Shown here piece by piece: positions 1 to 9,122 of a stretch of DNA of 37,791 nt. Location of the stretch: IMG/VR virus record IMGVR_UViG_3300022178_001201, positions 1 to 37,791 of that record; one strand, written 5' to 3'. The stretch is from a virus. Its lineage: Duplodnaviria > Caudoviricetes. Position 1 is the first letter of the stretch; the number at the start of each line of letters is the position of its first letter. The translations under genes were made by a program, and so were the position numbers. The notes under the pieces are model-generated. The model was not told where the DNA came from and did not search any database. It saw only the letters and a list, made by a program, of their open reading frames with translations.

Positions 1-182
1 GCCTTGCGCCATGTGGCTACGGTTACGGTGGACTCACGAACAATTTTTTTATTTTTCAAATTTATCATAATTCATAACCCGTTGGGTTTCAAATTTACAG
101 TGTCACTGATACCCAATGGGTTCCGAGTCACATCCCCAACATTTGACACACTTACCCACCCCTCGTGCATAATCAGGACACT

Positions 183-743
183 ATGAATAATCAAACCATA
201 GGCGAGATTGATACACCACTCGAACTACCTGACTGGCTCAGTGCTGGCGATCTGCCTTTACCCTCTACCCCGCTGTCCGTTGCCAATGCCAAGAGCAATC
301 GGGAACTCATCTACATGAAGTTCGCCAATGCCTTCGAGGGTATTCTCGATAAAGTGGCCTCGGGCTACTCATTAAAGAAAGCTCTGGAAGAGGACTTTCG
401 GCAATTCGAAGCTGGGATGTTTATCCAGTGGATGAAGAAGACGGGTGATCTATACAGTAGGTACGTTAGCGCCAAGGAGATGCGTAGTGAGCTGTGGGTG
501 AGTGACTTGATCGACATTGCCGATGCTGACGACTCGATGGAGGACGTTCAGCGGTCACGGCTCAAGATCGACACTCGGAAGTGGATCATTGCTTCAGATA
601 ATCGTAAGACCTACGGTGATACCAAAACCATCGACATTGGTGGACAGATCAGTATCCTTGGTGCGTTGGCTGCGGCTCAGAGTCGCACGATTGACCTGAT
701 AGACGATATAACAGATGTACCACTGATCGGGGGAGATGACTAA
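183..743 (+). CDS. terS: Terminase small subunit
   Basis: Immediately upstream of terL with TAATG overlap. The DVQRSRLKIDTRKW motif is typical of Sf6/DUF2280-like TerS. Start moved to ATG183 after AGGA (175-178). Confidence 0.85.
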   Translation: MNNQTIGEIDTPLELPDWLSAGDLPLPSTPLSVANAKSNRELIYMKFANAFEGILDKVASGYSLKKALEEDFRQFEAGMFIQWMKKTGDLYSRYVSAKEMRSELWVSDLIDIADADDSMEDVQRSRLKIDTRKWIIASDNRKTYGDTKTIDIGGQISILGALAAAQSRTIDLIDDITDVPLIGGDD

Positions 744-2269
744 TGCAGAAGCCACTTTATGCGCCTGCTGAGGAGCAGCAGTTGATGAGTCAGTTGTGGA
801 GCACACAGCTTGCCGATGACCCTGAGAGCTTCGTTCTGTTCAGTTTCCCGTGGGGAGTGGCGAATACCCCACTGGCGAACTTCAAAGGCCCACGGGCATG
901 GCAGCGGAAGATACTCCGTTCGGTGAGTGCACATATCAAGGCTAATCGTGGGCAACTGGACATGGAGGCGTTGAGGGCTGCTGTATCTAGTGGTCGGGGG
1001 ATCGGGAAGTCAGCACTGGTTAGCTGGCTGATCTTGTGGATGCTGTCCACCCGCATCGGGTCAACTGTGATTGTCTCGGCTAACAGTGAGAACCAGTTAC
1101 GCACGGTTACTTGGGGTGAGTTGACCAAGTGGGCCACGATGAGTATCAATGCTCACTGGTGGGAGGTGAGCGCGACCAAACTCGTTCCTGCACAGTGGTT
1201 GACTGACCTTGTGGAGCGTGACCTTAAAAAGGGTACCCGGTATTGGGCTGCTGAGGGGAAGCTGTGGAGTGAAGAGAACCCAGACAGTTATGCGGGTGTG
1301 CACAACATGGATGGGATGATGGTGATCTTCGATGAGGCATCGGGTATCCCTGATGGGATTTGGAGCGTTGCTGCTGGATTCTTTACCGAGAAGATTCTGG
1401 ATCGGTACTGGTTTGCGTTTAGTAATCCCCGGCGAAACAACGGGTACTTCTTTGAAACGTTTAACGGGAAGCGGGAGTTTTGGAACGGTAGCATCATTGA
1501 TGCGCGTACCGTAGAAGGCACGGACAAGTCGATCTATGACCAGATCATTGCGGAGTACGGGGAAGACTCCATACAGGCCCGTGTCGAGGTGTACGGTGAG
1601 TTTCCGGCCTCGGGTGAAGACCAGTTCATCTCGCCTGTGACGGTTGAGGATGCGTTTAAACGGGCGAAGTATAAAGACTTGACTGCCCCTATTGTTATTG
1701 GCGTTGACCCGGCCCGTGGAGGTATGGACAGTACGGTGATACTGGTGCGTCAGGGTCGTGACATCGTGGCAATCAAGCGGTTCAAGGGTGAGGACACCAT
1801 GAGCGTGGTAGGTCACGTCATTGATGCCATAGAGGAGTACAAGCCTACCATGACCATCATTGACGAGGGTGGGCTGGGCTACGGGATATTGGATCGGTTG
1901 ACTGAGCAGCGTTACAAGGTGCGAGGGGTGAACTTCGGGTGGAAGGCCAAGAGTCCTGTGATGTACCAGAACAAACGGGCTGAGATGTGGGGTGCGATGA
2001 AGGACTGGCTCAAGACTGCCAGCATACCGACTGACCGACAACTGAAGGCAGACCTGACTGGCCCCATGCGGAAAACGAACTCCAGTGGGTCTATTTTGCT
2101 GGAGAGTAAGAAGGAGATGAAGGCCCGTGGACTGGCCTCGCCGGATGCTGCCGATGCTCTTTGCGTAACATTTGCGTTCCCGGTGGCTCATCGGGATTAC
2201 AATCAAGCAACTACACGCCGGGTAAATGCACAATCTGGCAGCGCAACCACTTCATGGATGGGGTCATAA
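743..2269 (+). CDS. terL: Terminase large subunit
   Basis: Walker A SGRGIGKS, Walker B IFDEASG, coupling motif FSNP, nuclease motifs IGVDPARGGMD and SPDAADA. Confidence 0.96.
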   Translation: MQKPLYAPAEEQQLMSQLWSTQLADDPESFVLFSFPWGVANTPLANFKGPRAWQRKILRSVSAHIKANRGQLDMEALRAAVSSGRGIGKSALVSWLILWMLSTRIGSTVIVSANSENQLRTVTWGELTKWATMSINAHWWEVSATKLVPAQWLTDLVERDLKKGTRYWAAEGKLWSEENPDSYAGVHNMDGMMVIFDEASGIPDGIWSVAAGFFTEKILDRYWFAFSNPRRNNGYFFETFNGKREFWNGSIIDARTVEGTDKSIYDQIIAEYGEDSIQARVEVYGEFPASGEDQFISPVTVEDAFKRAKYKDLTAPIVIGVDPARGGMDSTVILVRQGRDIVAIKRFKGEDTMSVVGHVIDAIEEYKPTMTIIDEGGLGYGILDRLTEQRYKVRGVNFGWKAKSPVMYQNKRAEMWGAMKDWLKTASIPTDRQLKADLTGPMRKTNSSGSILLESKKEMKARGLASPDAADALCVTFAFPVAHRDYNQATTRRVNAQSGSATTSWMGS

Positions 2270-2415
2270 TGCCACTTAAAAAATCTGCCAGCCCCGCTGC
2301 ATTTCGTAAAAATGTGGCTGCTGAAGTAAAATCCGGCAAACCCGTGAAGCAAGCAGTTGCCATAGCGTATTCAGTCAAGCGCGAAGCCGCTAAACCAACA
2401 CCGAAGAAAAAATGA
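2269..2415 (+). CDS. Small basic phage protein, 48 aa (MPLKKSAS...KQAVAIAYS)
   Basis: TAATG coupling to the terL stop and ATGA coupling to groES. Lys/Ala-rich. Confidence 0.75.
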   Translation: MPLKKSASPAAFRKNVAAEVKSGKPVKQAVAIAYSVKREAAKPTPKKK

Positions 2416-2657
2416 ATCTTGTTCCACTGAGCGATTGCATCCTGATTAAGCAAAATGTTGCCAAACAGGGACTTATCCTACTGCCTGAGAGCAAAATGTA
2501 CTCTGGCATCATCGTTGCTGCTGGCAAAAAGGCCACTGATGTTACAGTAGGTGACAATGTGCTGTTCGGTGAACACTCGGGTCAGAAGGTTACTCACGAG
2601 GGTAATGACTACCTGATGATGCGTGAAAAAGACGTAATTGGAATCTTCAATGAATAA
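2412..2657 (+). CDS. groES: GroES/Cpn10-like co-chaperonin (short, 81 aa)
   Basis: PLSDCILIK, mobile loop GLILLP, G-IVAAG, VTVGDNVLF, YLMMREKDVIG. Confidence 0.88.
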   Translation: MNLVPLSDCILIKQNVAKQGLILLPESKMYSGIIVAAGKKATDVTVGDNVLFGEHSGQKVTHEGNDYLMMREKDVIGIFNE

Positions 2658-4848
2658 CTCTTCAATGTACGATGTGGCGAAGGTCGCTGCTGGTAGCGTC
2701 AAGTCTGGTGATAAAGCAGACATTCTGACCACCATGCGGTCACGTTTGACGATGGCGATCTCCGCGCTGTCCGAGTCTCGTGAAGATGAGTTGGATGACT
2801 TGCGATTCTTTGCAGGCTCTCCTGATAACCATTGGCAATGGCCTGCTGATGTCTTGGCTACCCGTGGCGCTGTTCAAGGTCAGACCATCAATGCACGCCC
2901 TTGCCTCACTATCAACAAGCTGCCTCAGCACGTCCGTCAAGTTACCAACGACCAGCGTCAGAACCGTCCCAGTGGCAAGGTAATCCCTGCCGATGACAAG
3001 GCTGATGTAGCCGTTGCTGAAATCTTTGATGGCATGGTTCGTCATATTGAGTACATCTCCGATGCTGATGTTGCCTATGATACGGCCTGTGAGAACCAAG
3101 TGGCCTATGGTGAGGGCTATATTCGTCTTTTGACCGAGTATTGCACTGACGATTCCTTCGATCAGGACATTAAGATTGGTCGGATTCGCAATTCCTTCAG
3201 CGTTTACATGGACCCGATGATCCAAGACCCCTGCGGCTCTGATGCTGCATGGTGTTTCATCACTGAAGACGTGCTGAAGGCTGATTATTCCCGTATGTTC
3301 CCTGATGCAGTGCCTATTTCATCACTGAACTCCCTTGGTGTTGGCGATCAGTCGCTGGCACAGTGGGTGAGTGAGGATACCGTGCGTATCGCTGAGTATT
3401 TCTACTACGAGCACAGCAAAGAGAAGCTGAATCTGTACACAGGCAACATTACTGCTGTGGATGGCTCACCTGAAGACAAGAATCTCAAGCAGATTTACGG
3501 CAAACCGAAGCGTACCCGCGATGTGGACATCAAGAAGGTCAAATGGTGCAAAACCAATGGCTACGAGATGCTGGAAGAGCAGGATTGGGCTGGTAAGTGG
3601 ATTCCTGTGGTGCGTGTGGTCGGAAATGAGTTCGAGGTGGACGGTAAACTGTTCGTTTCTGGCTTGGTTCGTAACGCCAAAGACGCTCAACGGATGTACA
3701 ACTACTGGGTGAGCCAAGAAGCTGAGATGCTTGCCTTGGCCCCCAAAGCTCCCTTTATTGGCTACGGTGGTCAGTTTGAAGGCTACGAGAACCAGTGGAA
3801 GACAGCGAATACGACCAACTGGCCCTACCTTGAGGTCAACCCAGACGTTACAGACGGTGCTGGTGCTACATTGCCCTTGCCACAGCGTGCGCAGCCCCCT
3901 ATGGCCTCGTCTGGACTGCTTCAGGCTAAGGCTGGAGCCTCTGATGACATCAAGAGCACTACGGGTCAGTATGACTCAAGTCTTGGAGCCACCAGCAACG
4001 AGCGTTCAGGTAAAGCGATTCTGGCCCGTGAGAAGCAGGGCGACACAGGCACTTATCACTTCGTTGACAACTTGGCCCGTGCTGTTCGTTACATCACTCG
4101 TCAGTGCGTGGACATGATTCCCAAGATTTACGACACCGAGCGTGTTGCCCGAATCATTGGCGAAGACGGTACATCCACAATGGTCAAGACAAACCCTGAC
4201 CAAGCTGAACCAGTCAACAAGATCATCAATCAAGACGGTATCGTAATTGAGAAAATCTATAACCTCGGTGTTGGCAAGTACGATGTGTGCGTCACCACTG
4301 GCCCCGGTTACATGACCAAGCGCCAAGAGTCTTTGGAAGCCATGAGCCAATTGCTTCAGGGTAATCCTGAACTCTGGGCTGTTGCTGGTGACCTGTTCAT
4401 CAAGAATATGGACTGGCCCGGTGCACAAGAGATGTCGGCACGCTTTGCCAAGACCATTGACCCCAAACTGCTGTCTGACCAAGATGATCCAGCCCTCCAA
4501 GCTGCCAATCAGCAGATGGAAGCGATGGGTAAAGAGATGGAACAGATGCACCAGATGCTCCAGAATGTCAGCAAGTCGATGGAAGTGCGTGACATGGAGA
4601 TCAAAGAGCAGGCCAATCAGATCAAGATGTTTGATGCTGAGACCAAGCGTATCTCAGCAGTACAGGCTGGCATGAGCGAAGAGCAGATTCAGGATATTGC
4701 GATGGGTGTGGTTGCAGCGGCTATGGAGTCCAACAACATGATGAGTGGTATGCCTGAGATGCGTGAGTCACCTGAAGAGAACATGGGTGAGATGACAGAA
4801 CAGATGCCTGAACAAATGCAACCACCAATGCAGGAGATGCCTCAATGA
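2650..4848 (+). CDS. Portal protein (P22-like)
   Basis: About 730 aa, downstream of terL. RPCLTINKL, GLVRNAKDAQRMYNY and SGKAILAR motifs, with a C-terminal coiled-coil and M/Q/E/P-rich tail. Confidence 0.9.
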   Translation: MNNSSMYDVAKVAAGSVKSGDKADILTTMRSRLTMAISALSESREDELDDLRFFAGSPDNHWQWPADVLATRGAVQGQTINARPCLTINKLPQHVRQVTNDQRQNRPSGKVIPADDKADVAVAEIFDGMVRHIEYISDADVAYDTACENQVAYGEGYIRLLTEYCTDDSFDQDIKIGRIRNSFSVYMDPMIQDPCGSDAAWCFITEDVLKADYSRMFPDAVPISSLNSLGVGDQSLAQWVSEDTVRIAEYFYYEHSKEKLNLYTGNITAVDGSPEDKNLKQIYGKPKRTRDVDIKKVKWCKTNGYEMLEEQDWAGKWIPVVRVVGNEFEVDGKLFVSGLVRNAKDAQRMYNYWVSQEAEMLALAPKAPFIGYGGQFEGYENQWKTANTTNWPYLEVNPDVTDGAGATLPLPQRAQPPMASSGLLQAKAGASDDIKSTTGQYDSSLGATSNERSGKAILAREKQGDTGTYHFVDNLARAVRYITRQCVDMIPKIYDTERVARIIGEDGTSTMVKTNPDQAEPVNKIINQDGIVIEKIYNLGVGKYDVCVTTGPGYMTKRQESLEAMSQLLQGNPELWAVAGDLFIKNMDWPGAQEMSARFAKTIDPKLLSDQDDPALQAANQQMEAMGKEMEQMHQMLQNVSKSMEVRDMEIKEQANQIKMFDAETKRISAVQAGMSEEQIQDIAMGVVAAAMESNNMMSGMPEMRESPEENMGEMTEQMPEQMQPPMQEMPQ

Positions 4849-5207
4849 AATGCGCTGACTTCATCGGAATGTTGTTCTTGGCACGGGATGTAACCCATTC
4901 CGTTCACCTGAATACCCGGTCTTACTCAAAGCACAAAGCCCTGCGTCATTTTTACGATGACATCATTGACCTAGCCGATGGGTTTGCTGAAGCCTATCAA
5001 GGGCGGCATGGTCTAATCGGGCCTATTTCCCTTGTCTCTGCTAAAAAGACCACCAATGTCACCGAGTTTCTTCAGGGTCAGCTTGAGGAAATTGAGAAAT
5101 GCCGCTACGAGATGGTTGATAAAACGGACACGCCGTTGCAGAATCTGATTGACGGTATTGTTGAACTTTATCTCTCGACCCTCTATAAATTAAGGTTTCT
5201 ATCATGA
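4845..5207 (+). CDS. Ferritin/Dps-like four-helix protein (DUF5856-like)
   Basis: H..H...SYSKHKAL..FYD....D...E.YQG pattern and C-terminal LYKLRFL. Confidence 0.7.
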   Translation: MKCADFIGMLFLARDVTHSVHLNTRSYSKHKALRHFYDDIIDLADGFAEAYQGRHGLIGPISLVSAKKTTNVTEFLQGQLEEIEKCRYEMVDKTDTPLQNLIDGIVELYLSTLYKLRFLS

Positions 5208-5947
5208 GCACCAAGTACGTTTCACAAACACAGTACGGTAAAACCGAACAGTTTGATCTTCAGGTTGGTCGGGGTCAAATTCCCGGACACCAGTCCGTGT
5301 TCCTGTTTGGCTACAGTGCCAGCATCACCAATGCAGCGTTTATTCCTGCATGGGAGAACACTGCTGCCTACACTTACCCAGCCTCCGCTGTTGCCATGAG
5401 CATCGTCAGCACCTCTGCGTCCGATACTGCTGTGCAGATCATTGTGTTTGGCTTGGATGCCAACTACCACCGAATCAGCGAGACTGTGACGCTGACAGGC
5501 ACAACCCCTGTTGTCACAACTGCTTTGTTTTTCCGTGTAAATCAACTCGATGTGCTGCCAGATAGCGTTAACCCAGTTGGTGTGATTACTGCCAAGAACG
5601 GTGGCGTCACTTACGGTCAGATCGCTGTGGACACAGGTCAGAGCAATATGTCCATTTACACGGTTCCTGCTGGCTACACGCTGTATGGGAACCACATTGG
5701 GGCATGGTCATCCACCTCTGTCACATCGGGTGTCTATGCTACGTTCCGCGCTCAAACGCTTTCCCCTGCTGGTACAAAGTACATTGTGTCGCAAGCTCCA
5801 TTCTTAAACACGTTTGAGTTTGCTTCTAATTTCCCACTGACCTTTACGGAAAAGACGGATGTGCAGTTTCAATTTAAATCGAGTGGTGCGGGTTTAGGTA
5901 TCGGCACTATCTTTGAAGGCGTGCTCATCAAGAACTTTACGGATTAA
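5204..5947 (+). CDS. Hypothetical beta-rich protein, probably virion-associated
   Basis: 247-aa ORF, ATGA-coupled, T/S/G/V-rich. Confidence 0.7.
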   Translation: MSTKYVSQTQYGKTEQFDLQVGRGQIPGHQSVFLFGYSASITNAAFIPAWENTAAYTYPASAVAMSIVSTSASDTAVQIIVFGLDANYHRISETVTLTGTTPVVTTALFFRVNQLDVLPDSVNPVGVITAKNGGVTYGQIAVDTGQSNMSIYTVPAGYTLYGNHIGAWSSTSVTSGVYATFRAQTLSPAGTKYIVSQAPFLNTFEFASNFPLTFTEKTDVQFQFKSSGAGLGIGTIFEGVLIKNFTD

Positions 5948-5949
5948 TC

Positions 5950-6219
5950 ATGGCAAACTATATGCAACTCGCAGCTACCACCCAAGTCAAGGTGGGCGCT
6001 GGCAAACTGTTTGGAATCTTTGTGTCAGCTAGTTCTAGCGGCACTCTGACTGTTTACGATACAGGCGCTGGAAGTACCAGCAACGGTAAGATTTCCAATA
6101 CAATCACCGTAGCGGCTGGCTCTCAGTACCTGAGTTTCCCAGCAGGAATCTTTTTCAATAAGGGTCTGTACATCGTACTTGGCGGTACAGCTGCTGAATT
6201 TACGGTTGTTTACGACTAA
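5950..6219 (+). CDS. Small beta-rich putative virion protein
   Basis: 89-aa ORF within the structural operon. Confidence 0.7.
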   Translation: MANYMQLAATTQVKVGAGKLFGIFVSASSSGTLTVYDTGAGSTSNGKISNTITVAAGSQYLSFPAGIFFNKGLYIVLGGTAAEFTVVYD

Positions 6220-6232
6220 TCTGGAGCAATAA

Positions 6233-8308
6233 ATGGCTGTCCTTCTTTCCCCTGTCGGCGGTGTCGCTGGTCAATTCTTCGACAACAATGGCAACCCCCT
6301 CTCGGGTGGCAAGATGTACAGCTATGTGGCTGGTACAACTACCCCACAAGTCACTTACACCAGTGCTGCTGGTTCCACAGCACACTCTAACCCCATCGTC
6401 CTTGACTCGGGTGGTCGTGTACCCGGTGGTGAGATTTGGCTGACTGACGGGTTGCAGTACAAGTTTGTCCTGAAGACCTCTACCGATGTGCTGATCGGTA
6501 CTTACGACAATATCGTTGGTATCAACTCCAACTTTGTCAACTTCCTGACCGAGACTGAGGTGCAGACAGCCACAGCCAGCCAGACCGTGTTTACGCTGAC
6601 CACGATGCAGTACCAGCCGGGTACAAACAACCTCAGTGTTTTTGTTGACGGTGTGAACCAGATTGACGGTGCGACATACAGCTATGTTGAAACCAGCTCA
6701 ACAGTGGTCACGTTCACCTCTGGCCTCCATGTGGGCGCACTGGTTAAGTTCACTACTGCCCAGACACTATCTACTGGTGTCACTGCATCTAATCTTGTCA
6801 CCTACCAACCAGCAGGCACAGGAGCCGTAGCCACCACCGTGCAGACTAAGCTGCGTGAGAGTGTGAGTGTTAAAGACTTTGGTGCGGTGGGTGATGGGGT
6901 AACTGATGATACTGCTGCGATTCAAGCTGCAATTGCATCTATCTCATTAGTAACTTATGGTGGTGGTGAAGTGTTTTTTTCAAAAGGAAATTATCTTACA
7001 ACCTCGACAATTTATATTCCTCAATCTATTACGCTTAAAGGTGTTGGTCGTAGAGGATTGGTTTCTAACACCAATGTTATTGGTTCTTGCATTATTGGTA
7101 AACATACTGGTGCAGCAATTGTCAGTATGAAAGGATCGGCATTTTGTGGATTGGATAATATTTGTCTTTGGGGAGATCAAACAATTTCACCTAAAACGGG
7201 CTTGTGTTTAGGCCGTACTACAGGTGCAGCATCTTCAGGCAGACATTACTTGGCTAATTTTTTAGTTGGGGGTTGGTTTACAGCAGCGGGTATTTACTCT
7301 ATTGCCTCAGAAGAAAATACTCTTGTTTCTCCGCATATTCTTATTATTGGCGGCGGTGCTAAATATGCGTTTTACACATCAAAAACGGATGATCTTTCAG
7401 TTGATTCTCTTACTTCAGGGTCAAATTGGGGTTCTGGGTCTATCGTAAGTCCAAGTTTTTTACATCAAGGTAATACTGCTGACAGTGCTGCAATTTATAT
7501 TAATGCTGCACTAGGGTCTTCTGGTTGGAATTTCAAAGGTGGGTTTACAGGTATGACCTCGGGTGCTAATAGTGCCCATGTCTGGATAAATGTAGCTGAA
7601 GTTACTAGCGATGCTAAAGACTACATATTTCAAGATTTAGGTTCTGAATCAGTAATTAATGCCACTCCTCCAGTACAGCATTACCGAGTTACATCAAGTA
7701 TTGGCCCTTGCACCCTTAGTGGATTAGTAATTAAAAACTGTACCCCCGGTCAAAATGCTGGCGGTACAAGCTACTACGTTAAATCAGACGATAGTATTAT
7801 TTTATCTGGCTGTGAGATTTCTGAAGTAGTTTCTGATCACCCAACGAAAATTTGGAGACTTGAAGATTCAACAGTGTCCATTCCGGGCCAAGATTTACAG
7901 ATTGGTAGCGCCGCCATTCGATGTATTTTAAATGCAAGAAATACAGTCTCCGCTGGAGTTGGCGGTGCTATTGTTAATACATTGTCACTCAGTCCTGTAT
8001 ATGGGCCTGTGGTTTGGACTGGGATATCTACAGTAAATGACATGACAATATCCAACTTAACTGTGTTTACTGGAAGCGCACAAGTTAATCTAAGAGTTGA
8101 AATTGACGCAACTACTTTACCAAATACTTTCAAATGGTCATTGGATAACGGATCAACATATGTTGCCACTAATGTTCCAATTACATCTTCACCACAATTG
8201 TTGACCCAAGGTATTTACATTAAATTTGCTTTAACTACTACCCATGCTATTGGCGATTACTGGAATTGTAAGTTTGATCCAGTGTTACTCCCAACTCAGA
8301 GTCATTAA
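6233..8308 (+). CDS. Tailspike 1: P22-type head-binding-like N-terminus plus pectate-lyase-3-like beta-helix
   Basis: RBS GGAG. N-terminal PLSGGK...NPIVLDSGGR; VSVKDFGAVGDGVTDDTAAIQAAI beta-helix cap; AT-rich C-terminal two thirds. Confidence 0.85.
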   Translation: MAVLLSPVGGVAGQFFDNNGNPLSGGKMYSYVAGTTTPQVTYTSAAGSTAHSNPIVLDSGGRVPGGEIWLTDGLQYKFVLKTSTDVLIGTYDNIVGINSNFVNFLTETEVQTATASQTVFTLTTMQYQPGTNNLSVFVDGVNQIDGATYSYVETSSTVVTFTSGLHVGALVKFTTAQTLSTGVTASNLVTYQPAGTGAVATTVQTKLRESVSVKDFGAVGDGVTDDTAAIQAAIASISLVTYGGGEVFFSKGNYLTTSTIYIPQSITLKGVGRRGLVSNTNVIGSCIIGKHTGAAIVSMKGSAFCGLDNICLWGDQTISPKTGLCLGRTTGAASSGRHYLANFLVGGWFTAAGIYSIASEENTLVSPHILIIGGGAKYAFYTSKTDDLSVDSLTSGSNWGSGSIVSPSFLHQGNTADSAAIYINAALGSSGWNFKGGFTGMTSGANSAHVWINVAEVTSDAKDYIFQDLGSESVINATPPVQHYRVTSSIGPCTLSGLVIKNCTPGQNAGGTSYYVKSDDSIILSGCEISEVVSDHPTKIWRLEDSTVSIPGQDLQIGSAAIRCILNARNTVSAGVGGAIVNTLSLSPVYGPVVWTGISTVNDMTISNLTVFTGSAQVNLRVEIDATTLPNTFKWSLDNGSTYVATNVPITSSPQLLTQGIYIKFALTTTHAIGDYWNCKFDPVLLPTQSH

Positions 8309-9115
8309 ATGACTAACAAGAAAATATCCATACTGACAGGGGCTTCAGTACCACTTGCTGGTACTGAGGTAATTCCAATTGTTCAAAGTGGGGCAACGGT
8401 TAAGGTAGCAGTATCTGATCTTACGGCTGGAAGGACTGTTGATGGACTTAACTTTCAAGTAGGTGCTGCTGGACAGTTTAGAGGTTCTGATGATTCCAGT
8501 TATGTAATTTATCAAGCATCTACTATCTCTGGTGCAGCGGCACTTTATATGAGTGGGTCAACGAGGGGTAGTGGTTTAGCTGGAAGTGCGTCTTTTGCTT
8601 GCGGCGATTTCAATATATACAACCCTGTATTCACAGCTCTTAAATTTACCGTGGCTGGTGCTACTGGTAATGCCGCATTGGGGTTTGGTAATCTTTCTTT
8701 TGGCACAGCAGCCAAAGGCATCAACTTCACCGCCAATACTCCAGCAGCAGGAATGACGAGTCAGTTGCTGAACTGGTATGAGGAGGGTACTTGGACTCCT
8801 ACGGATCAATCTGGTGCAGGATTATCACTCACCATAATTTTTGCACGCTATGTTCGAATTGGAAGACAAATAATTGCAGAATGCTATATCCAATATCCAA
8901 TAAATACTAATGCAGCACTAAATTCAATTAGCCTTCCTTTTACAGCTTCAAAGTACATTATTGGAACCGCTGGCGCATCAGCAGGAAATGTAACTTCTAT
9001 TATTTCTGTTGGAGCAAATCCACTTGCAAGTTTAAGAAATGTAACACTTAATACTGTAAGTAATATAGCTATATCAGGTGCTGATGTGTTGTTTACGTTA
9101 AATTATACAATTTAG
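8309..9115 (+). CDS. Tail fibre / tailspike-associated protein
   Basis: N-terminal KKIS.L...PLAGTEVIPIVQSG motif and C-terminal YEEGTWTP...YVRIGR domain. Confidence 0.7.
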   Translation: MTNKKISILTGASVPLAGTEVIPIVQSGATVKVAVSDLTAGRTVDGLNFQVGAAGQFRGSDDSSYVIYQASTISGAAALYMSGSTRGSGLAGSASFACGDFNIYNPVFTALKFTVAGATGNAALGFGNLSFGTAAKGINFTANTPAAGMTSQLLNWYEEGTWTPTDQSGAGLSLTIIFARYVRIGRQIIAECYIQYPINTNAALNSISLPFTASKYIIGTAGASAGNVTSIISVGANPLASLRNVTLNTVSNIAISGADVLFTLNYTI

Positions 9116-9122
9116 GAAAATA

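Noticed and set aside
143-173. Sigma70 promoter TTGACA...CATAAT before terS
   Set aside because: The 19-bp spacer is long and the implied start would exclude the AGGA RBS. Possible, but not supported enough to list.
4-186. ORF 4..186, and ORF 37540..37788 at the other end
   Set aside because: Both run through motif-dense control DNA with no RBS; the translated repeats merely reflect the palindromes.
1097-2233. 378-aa antisense ORF, and similar shadow ORFs opposite the portal, gp10 and primase genes
   Set aside because: Fully antisense to well-supported genes, with no RBS or recognisable motifs; a codon-bias artefact.
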